From contig CP086569.2 of NCBI GenBank assembly GCA_009914755.4, positions 6,816,001 to 6,880,000 of the forward strand: a DNA stretch of 64,000 bases. Direction: 5' to 3'. The DNA comes from the human T2T-CHM13v2.0 reference genome, Homo sapiens. Position 1 is the first letter of the stretch; each line of letters starts with the position of its first letter. This document shows, piece after piece, positions 1-12,300 of this stretch. A program made the translations under genes and the position numbers. Below the pieces are notes generated by a model. It worked only from the letters and a program-made list of their open reading frames with translations, made no database searches and was not told where the DNA came from.

Positions 1-719
1 ACACCCTAGAATCTCATCCTTTCTCTCCCCAGGAGGTAAAATCTCCGAGCAGGTGCCCTGTGAACATGCTGGGAAGGTTCTAGTCTTGGATGATGGTTGA
101 AGCATGTGTTCCTAATGAAAACTTTTAGAATAAAATTGGACCACAGCCACTGAGTATGGGTATAGGAATGCATCCAGGTGAGGGGGCTAGACAGAGCAGA
201 CCAAGATGGGAAGCAGAATTTGTAAATTCCCTCAGCTGTAGGAGTCCTGAGACAGACCCTTTGTATGGGGTGAAGCTGGAAACATTCAAGACTTGGTCCA
301 GAGTCCTCCTGACCTGACAGCCGGGTCCCCCTGCCAGAACTTGGGGACACCTCCATAGACAACCATCAAAGACTAAACAATGGGTAAACAATGACCCAGA
401 ACAGTCTCCCCATGGTGCAGGTGCAGCAGTAACTTTGAGGTCATGTCAGACATCTCTCAGGCTGCAAGACCTCCCCACTCTCCTCTCCACTCTGTTCCTC
501 CTCTTCCTCCTTTTTAAAAAACCATCTAGTACTTTCATGTGCTTCTCAGAAGACACAAACTGACACCAACCTGTGAAACTTAGATATGTCCAGGAGTACC
601 CTCTATTTTGTTGAATTTTTTTTTTTTTTTTTTTTTTGCTACATTATGTTACAGCCTTGAGTTAGTCATATAACTGCACAAAAATCTGTGTGGACAATGT
701 AAAAGAATTTTCAGGGTGT

Positions 720-1135
720 GAATACCCTTCTTTCTTCCTCCTCTCCTCCTCCTCCAGCTCCTCCTTCCTCCCTCTGCTTTCTTCTGCTTCCTCTAAGTTT
801 TCTTTCTTTTTCTCCTCCTCTTCCTATCATCCTCCTCCTTCTCCTCCTATTTTTCCTTCTCTTTCTCCTCCTTCTCCTTCTCCCTCCAAATTTTTCTTTT
901 TTTCTCCTCCTGCTCCTCCTCCTCCTCCTATTTTTCCTCCTCCCTCTCCTAGTTTTCCTTCTCTTTCTCCTCCTCCTCTTCCTTTTCCTCCTCCTTCTTA
1001 TCTTCCTTCATCTCCTTCTCCTTTCTCATCTTCCTCTTCCTCTTCCCCTTTCCATCTTCCTTTCTCTTGCTTCCTTTTTTCTTCCCTTCCTCTCATCATC
1101 CATTCCTTCCTTCCTTCTTTCTTTCTTCTCACTTT
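720..1135. repeat. Polypyrimidine (TCC/CTT/CTCC)n low-complexity tract, ~415 bp, almost purely C/T on the + strand
   Basis: Read directly: an uninterrupted run of tcc/ctt/ctcc motifs. It produces the artefactual S/P/L/F-rich ORFs 690-1199 and 718-1137. Confidence 0.95.
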
Positions 1136-1394
1136 GAGCACTCCACACAACCAATGCCACACAGTCAAGCATTCCCAGATACTTGTCAAGGGAATGTGAT
1201 GAAAGACATAAAAAAGAGTACCAATCAGCCAAACAAAAGTGGGTCTGATACTAGTCAGATATAATTATGAAACCACCAGTACCTCTTTCCAGGATGGGAT
1301 GGAGGTTGAAGGCTGATGCATAGCCAACATGAAACACAGTCTCAACTGCATAACCAGTAATTCCACTCCTGAGTTGATACAGAAAAGAATTGGA

Positions 1395-1720
<326 letters not shown>

Positions 1721-1723
1721 TGG

Positions 1724-1862
1724 GGGCTTGACATAGTGCCCCATGCCTGTAATGCTAGCACTTTGGGAAGCCAAGATGAGAAGGTCACTTGGGACCAGGA
1801 GTTTGAGACCAGCCTGCCTGATCAATACAGCAAGAGCCTCATCACTAAAAATAAAAATAATT
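1724..1862 (+). mobile_element. Partial Alu (single monomer / truncated)
   Basis: 'ccatgcctgtaatgctagcactttgggaagccaag...gagtttgagaccagcctg' followed by A-rich sequence. There is no right arm. Confidence 0.75.
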
Positions 1863-1920
1863 TTAAAAAGAATTGGGACTCCAACAGATATGTACACACC
1901 ATATTCATAGCAGCACCATG

Positions 1921-2292
<372 letters not shown>

Positions 2293-2590
2293 TCACCGGA
2301 GCATGAATGCAGTTATGTAAATATAGCTCACACATAATGACAGTCTATGATTGCACCATAAAAAAGACTGGAACTCTCACACATGCTGCGTGAATACTCC
2401 TTGAAAACATAATGCTAAGTTTAAAAAGACAGACAAAAAGGTCTCATATTGTGTGATTCTATTTACATGAAAGACCCAGAATAGGCAGAGAGACAGATAG
2501 CAGAGTGGTATCTGCTGGAAGCTTCCTGGGGAGAGGATTTCAGAGTGAGGGGCCGATAACTATTGGGTGTAATTTCTTTGAGGGTAACTC

Positions 2591-2800
<210 letters not shown>

Positions 2801-3799
2801 TCAGCACTGCTGTGTGCTAAACATTAATTCACTGTTGTGAATGCACTTAATGCCATCAAATTGCAAAAGTGACTAAAAATTGTAAATTATAGGTTATGTG
2901 CATCTTGCAACAATTAAAACATTAAACTAAAATGACCCAGTCTCAGAGATAGCACAACCAAACCTCCATGGCTGATGTCCTGCTGGGACTTGGAGCTAGG
3001 AAGAAGGCCCAGGATGGGCACTGGTTTTCATCCCGTTTCATGGGCAGTTTCCTACGGACAACCTTTTTTTCACCATGCCATTTTTTGGAGTGCTTTGTGG
3101 TATCCAGGTCCAACCCTGAAGGAAATGACATCTAGTCTCCTGCTCCTGTCTTTGGGATAACGTTTTTCCCAGTTTCCAGCTGTGGTTGCATCTCATCTAT
3201 CCTCTGAGGCTGAGATTATGGGGAGCTGTCACAGGTATCCTCATCTTATTCCAGGCAGCAGCTGGGTGCCAGGAGCCCACTTATGCACACTCACTGAGCA
3301 GGGACCCTTCCTCCTCTGAGAGAGCTTGCCTTCCTGGGTGCCCCATTCCCCAGCCATCCAGAGAGTTGTGGAGAAGGGACACCTGGGAAGCATTGGAGTA
3401 GTGGCATTACTGGTGGTGAAGCCATATGGGTCTACAGCACAGGGTCTTGCATCTCTTCGCCCCTGAGTCTTCCCTTGGGGTGGGCTGCCCGCATGCACAG
3501 CAGCCTGCCAGCACTTGGGAGGGGAGCATGCACTGTGTGTTTACTGGAGTTGGACGCATGCTCACTTTAGGCATTCTTCCCTTACCAGTCGAGTGTTCCT
3601 AGAAGTTTGTAGACCAGTTAAACTCCACCATTTTGCCTCTCAGTGTGCATGTTTGAGCCCACTCACTCACCCCCTGAGATCATATTGGGAAGCTGCTGAC
3701 CACCAGTTTCAGGTGTTTTGTATGTACTGGTGCTGGCTGTGACCAATTGTTATTTTAAAGAGACAGTTTATTAACCTCTTGACCATCACCTTCTGACAT

Positions 3800-4215
3800 T
3801 TCTTATGTGTGTGGCGAGGGGAGCAGGGGGAGCCCATCTTATGCCCTGTTCATGCCTGGCATGCTACCTACCCTAACAGTAGTATCAGGGGCATGTGAAC
3901 CAGAACAACTCCATCTTAACTAGGAGCTGGGTAAAATGAGGCTAAAACCTACTGGACATCATTTCCAGATGACTGAAGGATTCTAAGTCACAGGATAAGG
4001 GAGGAGGTCAGCAAAAAATACAGGTCATAAAGACCTTGCTAATAAAACAGGTTGCAGTAAAGGAGTCTGCCAAAACCTCCAAAATCAAAATGGCAACAAG
4101 AGTGACCTCTGGTTGTCCCCACTGCTACACTCCCACCAGCACCGTGACAGTTTACAAATGCCGTGGCAACATCAGGAAGTTACCCTATATGGTCTCAGGA
4201 CCGTGTTCTGTAACA
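3800..4215 (+). repeat. Fragment of an LTR-type interspersed repeat ('family B'). A second, longer copy lies at 22230-23230.
   Basis: ~75-80% identical by eye to 22230-22600. Shared strings include 'ccatcttaactaggagctgggtaaaatgaggct', 'gtgacctctggt...gacagtttacaaatgccgtggcaacatcaggaagttaccctatatggtc'. The family name is uncertain; it may be an LTR12-group or other class I ERV LTR. Confidence 0.6.
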
Positions 4216-5803
4216 GTAGGAGGCACAAGACCCCAAGTTCATCTTTAAATCCTCTTAGGCATCTCCTAGGACCACTTTCCCTCCATTGAATTGCAGCTGA
4301 TCTCTGCTACTGCCTTGTAAAAAAAAACAAAAAAACAAAAAATGTGCTTCCCTTGCAGTTCCCCAAAACTCACTGCCCCAAACTCTTCTTTTTCTCATTC
4401 ACAAAAAATCTACCTGAAAAGAAGCCCTGGTAACCACAGATGGGTATCACATAAACCCATTCCCAAGCCCTGCAGTGACCTGCTTTGCTGAGGCTGCGAG
4501 ACCTGTCCTGATCCCTTATCACCTTAAGGATCTCATTGTTGGTAGCCTCGGGTAGGACCCACCTGTCTGCAAAAATCAAAGCAAAACAAAACAAAAATTA
4601 TTTTTACAAAGGCTCTTCCTCCACTTGGGGTGAGGCTTCTGCAGACAGATCTAGGGCAGGTCTTCGAAGGGACAGTTTGAAAGAGGAATTGTGAAGTCTG
4701 CCTTTTCCTAAAGCCTCCTCTCCCTGGGGATCTGCAAGGGAAAGGTTGGGGAGATTGCATTCTATTTACATTGCATCTGCTTTCTTCTGAAAACTCCCTA
4801 GGGATATCTGTGGAGCCGGTTGCCTCCCTAAGCCCCAAGCCCAATCTTTTCTCTTCTCTTCTTTTTTTTTTTCTTTGGAGAAGTCTCCAAGCTGGACAAA
4901 TTCAATTCTTTCTGTATTCAACAAGATAACCTCTAAAAAACCTGCCTACCGGGTCTTAAGTATTCAGTAGAGAGGTGTGTAGAGAAAAACATTTAAGGTG
5001 AAATGAGAGCTCTGACTGACATTTCTGTTCCTTAGATCCCAAGGCAACAGGCAGAAACTCCAAGGAAACATCAGAAACCCAGGAGGCAGACAGAAGAGGA
5101 CCTGGGTTTCTCCAAAAGCCAAACTGTAGCACTTGCTGCTCTAAACTGCCTTTCTGAGAGCTGTTAATTTTCCACATTGGAAAAGTGGCCAAGCTGAGTC
5201 AACAGGTTTTCCCGTGGAAGAGCTAGCTCACCCAGAAGCAATTCTAAGTGCTGTAGATTCCTGCAAACACCTGTCTTTGCAAACCAAGCAGCTTTTCCAG
5301 TGTACAATAAGACAATTAAGAGGAACCCAGCCATTCTGGCAGTCTCTTTACTCATCTTTTCTTTGCCAATGTGACTTCAGCATCAAGTTAATTGGCAATT
5401 GCGGTTACCATAAAGTGTTTCCTTGCCAGTTTTAAAGTATCTTTCAAATTGCCCAAGTATTTAAAATTATCTTCTTCTTGGAAGATTAAGCCCTGCCTGA
5501 AAGTTTTTGTTTCAAATTGCTATTGATTGAAACATTCAGCCTTCAATGGGAAGGAAATTCTAACACAGTCTACAATGTGGATGAACCTTGAGAGCATTAC
5601 ACTAAGTGAAATAAGTCAGGTGCAAAAGGACGACTAGAGTGTGGTTCTGCTTGTTTGGGACAGTCAACCTAAAAAGAAGCAACTCAGGTAAAATTACTAT
5701 AAATAGAGTTTATTTTGGCCAAACTTGATGCTTGCAAACTGAAAGAGTAGATTCAAGTTGCCCTGTATATACACTTAGATGCTTGGATTAGCAGCAGTTA
5801 TGT

Positions 5804-6097
5804 TAGAAATAAGAGCTTGGAGTCCCAAAGAAAATGAGCACTCAAACAAAATACTTCTCAACAAAGCAAATTTACCTCTGCAGAAGGACACTGTCTGCAT
5901 CAGTCACAATGGCAAGAGGACACTGAATAAAGAAAGGAAAGGGTTTTGATCTCTAATACATAGTCTCTACCTCTGTGTCACTAGCCCATGGGCTGGCGTC
6001 AGACCACACAATCTAAGATGACCCAATTGGCTACTTGTGAGTAATTTCTCAAGTAAGAAAAAGGAAAGGGAAGGTGAATTACAGTGGTGGTGAGAGA
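5804..6097 (-). mobile_element. Distal segment of the 3' LTR of the outer (minus-strand) provirus ERV-2. It was separated from the remainder (14101-14303) by insertion of provirus ERV-1.
   Basis: 5804-6097 aligns with 19996-20290 of the intact LTR copy (e.g. 'tgttagaaataa...caaatttac(c/t)tctgcagaag...tctctac(c/t)tctgtgtcacta(g/c)cccatgg...caatctaag...caattggctacttgtga'). Confidence 0.7.
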
Positions 6098-6674
6098 TGA
6101 AGCCAGCTGGGCTTCCTGAGTCAAGTGGGGACTTGGAGAATTTTTCTGTCTTACAAGAGGATTGTGAAACACACCCATCAGTCCTGTGTAGCTAGCAAAG
6201 GGATTGTAAAATGCATCAATCAGCACTCTGTAAAAACACACCAATCAGCTCTCTGTAGCTAGCAGAGGATTGTCAAATGCACCAATCAGTGCCCTGTAAA
6301 ATGCACCAATCATCACTCTGTAAAACGCCCTAATCAGCACTCTGTAAAATGCACCAATGAGCAGGAGTCTAAAGGTAGCCAACCACAGGGAAGATTGAAA
6401 AAAGAGCACTCTGGTAGGACACAAACAGAACATGGGAGGGGACAAATAAGGGAATAAAGCCTGGCCACCCCAGCCAGCAGTGGCAACCCTCTCAGGTCCC
6501 CGTCCATGCTGTGGAAGCTTTGTTCTTTTGCTATTCAAAATAAACCTTGCTACCACTCACTCTTTGCATCTGTGCCATCTTTAAGAGTGGTAGCACTCAC
6601 CGCGAAGGTCCACAGCTTCATTCTTGAAGTCAGTGACACCACAAATCCACTGGAAGGAACCAACTCTGGACACA
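6098..6674 (+). repeat. ERV-1 5' LTR (577 bp) with a U3 tandem-repeat enhancer region and a poly(A) signal
   Basis: TG...CA termini. About 8 tandem units of '(g)gattgtaaaatgcaccaatcagcactctgt'. 'gggaataaag' at ~6450 and 'caaaataaacc' at ~6538. The R/U5 segment reads '...cactcaccgcgaaggtccacagcttcattcttgaagtcagtga'. Confidence 0.85.
6150..6370 (+). promoter_or_regulatory. Tandem CCAAT-box ('caccaatcag') repeat array in the U3 of the ERV-1 5' LTR. It is a putative enhancer/promoter module.
   Basis: The repeated unit carries CCAAT. It is called a regulatory module by analogy with ERV9-type LTR enhancers, which is established knowledge. Activity here is untested. Confidence 0.5.
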
Positions 6675-8295
6675 TCTTGGGGGCTTGCCTGGGGTATCAC
6701 CACATGGTGAGTACCATCGGTCCCCTTTCACTTGATCTTCTGTCCTATTTTTCCTTAGAATTTGGGGGCTAAACACCAGGCACCTGTTAGGCAGTTAAAA
6801 GTGACTAGCACAGCTGCTGGACTAAAGACACTGGTGTCAGGCCTTCTGGGAAAGTAATAACAACCCCCAACTGTTCGGAGTTCAGAGCATTGGTTTGCCT
6901 GGAACCAGCTTCTGCTTTACCTGTACTTCTGGACTGAGCCAAGGGTTGACAGAGAGGAAAGTCATTCAGCTCCGGGGTCCTGACAAAAAGTTGGTTGACC
7001 CTACAGCCATGAGCAGAACTCTCAAAGTTATGTTGCCCAAGCAAGACTGACACATCTATCCCATCTATCCTGACCCTTGCCTCCTGTGTCCTAATGCCTG
7101 TCAGACAATATTCCTCCCACCTCTTTTCTCCAAGGCTAGTCCCATTTCTAAAAGCATATCCCTGTTTCTGATGCTTTTCTAGTTTCTCCTATAAGAATGA
7201 TTTCTAGTATAAATTTCAGGATTCTGTTGCCTTCTTTAGGCACCTGGGCTCACCAATCAGAAAGATATAATTTTTCATGAAGCCCCATTTTTTGGGGGAC
7301 TATGTGGAATTTTAGGATTCCTCCTCAGACTAGCAGGCCTAACAAAGGCTATTCCTGAAGCTAGGATATGGGGTGCCTCAGAAATGGTATGCCTTCAATT
7401 CATATGATGAGAAGTGAGGACAAAAGGTGTCACTCTTCCAACCCTGGAGATCCCTTCTCTCCCTCAGGGTTGGGCCCTCCACTCCATTTTGAGGCTATAA
7501 AAGACAAGGGTAAGTTCCCAATACCAACAGGAGAAAATGCTTAGGACTCTAACTAACAGGTTTTTGAGAATGCGTTGGTAAGGTCCACTAAATCTGACCT
7601 TCTTGGTCCTCTTCATGGTCTAAGAGGAAAGGGAGGGGTTCAGGTTTTCGAGAATGCATCAGTAAGGGACGTTAAATCTGACCTTCCTCTGTCCTCTTTT
7701 TAGTCTAAGAGGAAAGGCAGTGTTTCCACTGCTGCTTCAGTGAGTGCAACTATTCCAAACAGCAGGGTCCAGGGACCATTGCAGATTCTTGGGCAGGGGA
7801 GAAAAAACATCAACAACCAAAACAGTGGGCAGCTTTTTCTTTCAGGTAGGAAACACTCAGGCATCAACAGGCTCATCCCTGAAATGCATCCTAAGCCCTT
7901 GGGACAAATTTGACCCACAAACCCTGAAAAAGAAGTGGCTTAATTTTTTTCTGCACTATGGCCTGGCCCCAAAATTCTCTCTGATGGGGAAAAATGGCCA
8001 CCCGAGGGAAGTATAAATTACAATACTATACTGCAACTTGACCTTTTCCGTAAGAGGGAAGGTAAATGGAGTGAAAAACTTATGTCCAAACTTTCTCTTC
8101 ACTGAAGGATAATCCACAACTATGCAAAGCTTGCAATCTACATCCCACAGGAGGATGTCTCAGCTTACCTCCATATCCTAGCTTCCCTACAGCTCAACTT
8201 CCTATTAATGATAATCCTCCTCTAATCTCCTCCACCCAGAAGGAAACAAGCAAAGAAATCTCCAAGGGACCACAAAAGCCCCTGGGCTGTCAGTT

Positions 8296-8622
8296 ATGTC
8301 CCTTCAAGCTGTAGGGGGAGGGGAATTTGGCCCAACCCGGATACATGTCCCCTTCTCCCGCTCTGATTTAAAGCAGATCAAGGTAGATATGGGGAAGTTT
8401 TCAGATGATCCTGATAGGTATATAGATATCCTACAGGGTGTAGGGCAAAACTTTGACCTCACTTGGAGAGATCTCATGCTATTGTTAGATCAAACCCTGG
8501 CCTTTAATAAAAAGAATGCAGCTTTAGCTGCAGCTGGAGAGTTTGGAGATACCTTGTATCTGAGTCAAGTAAATCATACAATGACCGACGAAGAGATGGA
8601 CAAATTCCCTGCTGGTCAGTAA
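8296..8622 (+). pseudogene. ERV-1 gag capsid (CA) N-terminal remnant
   Basis: ORF 8296-8622 reads 'FSRSDLKQIKVDMGKFSDDPDRYIDILQGVGQNFDLTWRDLMLLLDQTL'. This parallels the gammaretroviral CA motif (FSSSDLYNWK...F.EDP...L...HQPTWDDCQQLL). Stops and frameshifts surround it. Confidence 0.75.
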
Positions 8623-9329
8623 GCCATCCCCAGTATGGATCCCCACTGAGTCCTAGACTCAGATCATGGGGACTGGAGCTGCAAACATCTGTTGACCTGT
8701 GTTCTAGAAAGACAAAGGAGAATTAAGAAAAACTCAATGAATTATTCAATGATGTCCACCATAACTCAGTGAAAGGAAGAAAATTCTACCAACTTCCTTG
8801 AGCAGCTACAGGAGGCCTTAAGAAAATATCCTCCTCTGTCATCTGACTCCCTTGAGGGTCAGTTCATCCTCAAAGGTAAGTTTATTACCCAATCAGCCAG
8901 AGATATCAGAAGAAAGCTCCAAAAGTGAGCCCTGGGCCCTGAACAAAATCTGGAGGTATTATTAAACCCAGCAAACTTGGTGTTCTATAATAGGGACAAA
9001 GAGGAACAGGCCGAACAGGAAAAGTGAGATATGAGAAAGGCCACAGCCTTAGTCATGGCCCTCAGAAAAACAAAACTTGGTGGTTCAGAGAGGACAGAAA
9101 AATGGAACAGGCTAATCAACCAGTAGGGCTTCTTATCAGTGTGATGTGCAAGGACACTTTAAACAAGTTGTCCAGTGAGAAACAAGCCACCCCCTCTTCC
9201 ATGTCCATTATGCCAAGGCAATCACTGGAAGGTGCACTGCCCCAAAGGAGAAAGGTTCTCTGGGCCAAAAGCCCCCAACCAGGTGATCCAATAGCAAGAC
9301 TGAGGGTCCCTGAGGCAAGCAACAGTTCA

Positions 9330-9600
9330 TGTCATCACCCTCACTGAGCCCTCAGGTAAATTTAACCATTGAGGGCCAGAAAAGTGACTTCCTCCTGGAC
9401 ACTGGTGTGGTCTTCTCAATGTTAATCTCCTGCCCTGGACAGCCATCCTCAAGGTCCTTTACCATCTGAGGAATCCTGGGACAGCCTGTAAACAGGTGTT
9501 TCTCCCAACTCTTCAGCTGTAATTGGGACATTTTGCTCCTTTCACATGCCTTCCTTGTTATGCCTGAAATTCCCACACCCTTATTAGGGAGGGACATATT
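9330..9600 (+). pseudogene. ERV-1 aspartic protease remnant
   Basis: 'GQKSDFLLDTGVVFSML' (DTG active-site motif) is encoded at ~9385-9415. Confidence 0.7.
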
Positions 9601-11570
9601 TACCAGAGCTGGAATTATTATCTATATGACTATGGGGAACAAGTTAGACATTTGTTGTCCCCTACTTGAAGAAGCAATCAACAATGAAGTCTGGGCACTG
9701 GAAGGACAATTTGAATGGCAAAAAAATGTCCAACCAGTCCAAATCAGGCTAAAAGACCCCACCACTTTTCCTTATCAAAGGCAATATCCCTTAAGGCCTG
9801 AAGCTCATAAAGGATTACAGGATATTGTTAGACATTTAAAAGTTCAAGGCTTAGGAAGAAAATGCAGCAGTTCCTGCAAAATCCCAATTCTAGAATTGCA
9901 AAAACCCAGTCAGTGGAGATTAGTGCAAAATCTTAGACTCATTAATGAGGCAGTAATTCCTCTATATCCAGTTGTTCCCAACCCCTATACCATGCTCTCT
10001 CAAACACCAGAGGAAGCAGAATAGTTCATTGTTCTGGACCTCAAGGGTGCCTTCTTCTGCATTCCCCTGCACTCTGAGTTCCAGTGTCTCTTTGCCTTTG
10101 AGAATCCCACAGACCACATGTCCCAATTTACATGGACGGTCTTGCCTCAAGGGTTTAGAGATAGCCCTCATTTGTTTGGTTAGGCACTGGCCCAAGATCT
10201 AGGCCACTTCTCAAGTCTAGGCACTCTGTTCCTTCACTATGTGGGTGATTTAATTTGGCTACCAGTTCAGAAGTCTCATGCCAGCAGGCTACCCTAGATC
10301 TCTTGAACTTTCTAGCTAACCAGGAGTACAAGGTATCTAAATTGAAAGCCCAGCTCTGCCTACAATAAGTCAAATATCTAGGCCTAATTTTAGGCCGAGG
10401 AATCAGGGCCCTCAGCAAGGAATGAATACAGCCTGTACTGGCTTATGCTTGCCCTAAGACATTAAAACAGTTGTGCGGGTTCCTTGGGATCACTGGCTTT
10501 TGCCAACTATATATCACCAGATACAGCAAGATGGCCAGGCCACTGTATGATCAAGGAGACCCAGAGGGAAAATACTCATCTAGTAGAATGGGAAACAGAG
10601 GCAGAAACAGCCTTCAAAACCTTAAAGCAGGCCCTAGTACAAGCTCCAGCCTTAAGCTTTCCCACAGGACAAAACTTCTCTTTATATGGCACAGAGAGAA
10701 TAAGAGTAGCTCTTGGAGTCCTTACTCAGACTCATGGGGCAATCCCACAATCAGTGGCATACCTAAGTAACAAAATTGATGTAGTAGCAAAAGGCTGGCC
10801 TCACTGCTTATGGGCAGTTGCAGTGGTGGCTATCTTAGTATCAGAGGCTATCAAAATAATACAAGGAAACGATCTCACTGTCTGGACTACTCATGATGTA
10901 AATGGCAAAATAGGTGCCAAAGGAAGTTTATGGCTATCAGACAGCTGCCTGCTTAGATACCCTCCTTGAGGGACTGGCACTTCAAATACACATATGTGCA
11001 GCCCTCCACCATGCCACTTTTCTCCCAGAGGTTGGGAAACCAATTGAGCATGACTGCCAACAAATTGTAGCCCAGACTTATGCTACCCGAGAGGATCTTT
11101 TAGAAGTCCCCTTAGCTAATCCTGACCTTAACCTATATACTGATGGAAGTTCATTTGTGGTGAATGGGATACAAAGGGCAGGTTATGCCATAGTTAGTGA
11201 TGTAACAGCACTTGAAAGTAAGCTTCTTTCCCCAGGGACCAATGCCCAGTTAGTAAAACTAGTGGCACTTACCTGAGCCTTAGAACTGGGAAAGGGAAAA
11301 AGAATAAATGTGTGTGCAGATAGAAAATATGCTTATCTAATCCTACATGCCCATGCTGCAATATGGAAAGAAAGGGAGTTCCTAACCTCTGGGGGAACCC
11401 CCATTAAATAGCACAGGGAAATCATAAAGTTATGTGCAAAAACCCAAGGATGTGGCAATCTTACACTGCCAAAGCCATCAAGAAGGTGAAGGAGAAAAGG
11501 CAGAAAAGGCCATCGGGCAGATGCTGAGGCCAAAACTGCTGCCAGGCAGAACCTCCCATTGTAAATACTT
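9600..11570 (+). pseudogene. ERV-1 reverse transcriptase / RNase H remnant (multiple frames)
   Basis: 'PCKSPWNTP'-like N-terminus (ORF 9533-10024: 'KIPILELQKPSQWRLVQNLRLINEAVIPLYPVVPNPYT'), '[12 protein letters not shown]', a degenerate YxDD ('HYVGDLI'), the connection 'LKQLCGFLGITGFCQLYI', and the RNase H motifs 'YTDGSSFV...TNAQLVKLVAL...ILHCQSHQEGEGEKA'. Confidence 0.8.
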
Positions 11571-11639
11571 ATGGAAGAACTCTTGGTATGGAACAACCAT
11601 CTCCAAGAGATTAAGCCCCAGTATTCCCTTATGAAACAG

Positions 11640-12300
11640 AATGGGGACTTTCACATGGGCATAGTTTTCTGCCCTTGGGGTGGTTAAAGACAGAAGAGGG
11701 AAAGGTACTCATACCCAAAGCCAGAAAGTGGAAAATATTTAAGACCCTCCACCAAACTTTTCATATGGGTACTGAGAACACTCACCGAATGGCCAAATCC
11801 CTATTTACAGGCCCAAATCTCCTCTGGACCATCCAACAAGTAGTCAAAGCCTGTGAGGTGTGCCAAAGGAATAATCCCTTGGTCTATCATAAGGCTCCTC
11901 TGAGGAACAAAGAATTTGTCACTATCCTGGAGAGGACTGGCAGTTAGAGTTCACCCATATGCCTTAGTCAAGGGGATTTCAATACTTGTTGGTCTGTGTT
12001 GATACCTTTACAAACTGGATAGAAGCCTTCTCCTTCAAGACAGAGAAGGCTCAAGAAGTGGTTACTGTCCTAATTCATGAAATAATTCCTAAATTTGGGC
12101 TTCCCCAAAGTTTACCAAGAATACCCTAACAGGATGTGCAATCCAGCTTTTATGCTGTTACATTGCCAACCTTACCTATTACACAAGCAGCGAAAAGCCC
12201 ATATACGACCCTGTAACCCTGAATACCATCTTAACTCTCCAAGCCCCTTGGTGCATCCAATGCAACCTGTTATCAGGCTTGTCCCTGGGGCACCTACTAT
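11640..12300 (+). pseudogene. ERV-1 integrase remnant
   Basis: HHCC zinc finger ('HQTFHMGTENTHRMAKS...CEVCQRNN', ORF 11675-11947). A DDE-core region follows in other frames. Confidence 0.7.

Noticed and set aside
690-1199. 169-aa and 139-aa ORFs rich in Ser/Pro/Leu/Phe
   Set aside because: They are translations of the polypyrimidine (TCC/CTT)n tract.
5560-5650. Short L1-like 3' fragment ('ctacaatgtggatgaaccttgagagcattacactaagtgaaataagtcagg')
   Set aside because: It is probably a real old L1 fragment, but at less than 100 bp with uncertain boundaries it was not listed as a feature.
6150-6370. A regularly spaced direct-repeat array, superficially CRISPR-like
   Set aside because: The units are contiguous ~35-41-bp tandem repeats without unique spacers, and they lie in the U3 of a retroviral LTR. 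This is an enhancer-type repeat, not CRISPR.
6675-6720. Primer-binding site of ERV-1 assigned to a specific tRNA
   Set aside because: The sequence after the LTR ('tcttgggggcttgcctggggtatcacc') does not begin with the expected TGG in register. It did not match any tRNA 3' end I could recall, so no PBS call was made.
9533-10024. 163-aa ORF as a functional reverse transcriptase
   Set aside because: It covers only the RT N-terminal fingers region. The downstream YxDD region is in another frame and degenerate (YVGD).
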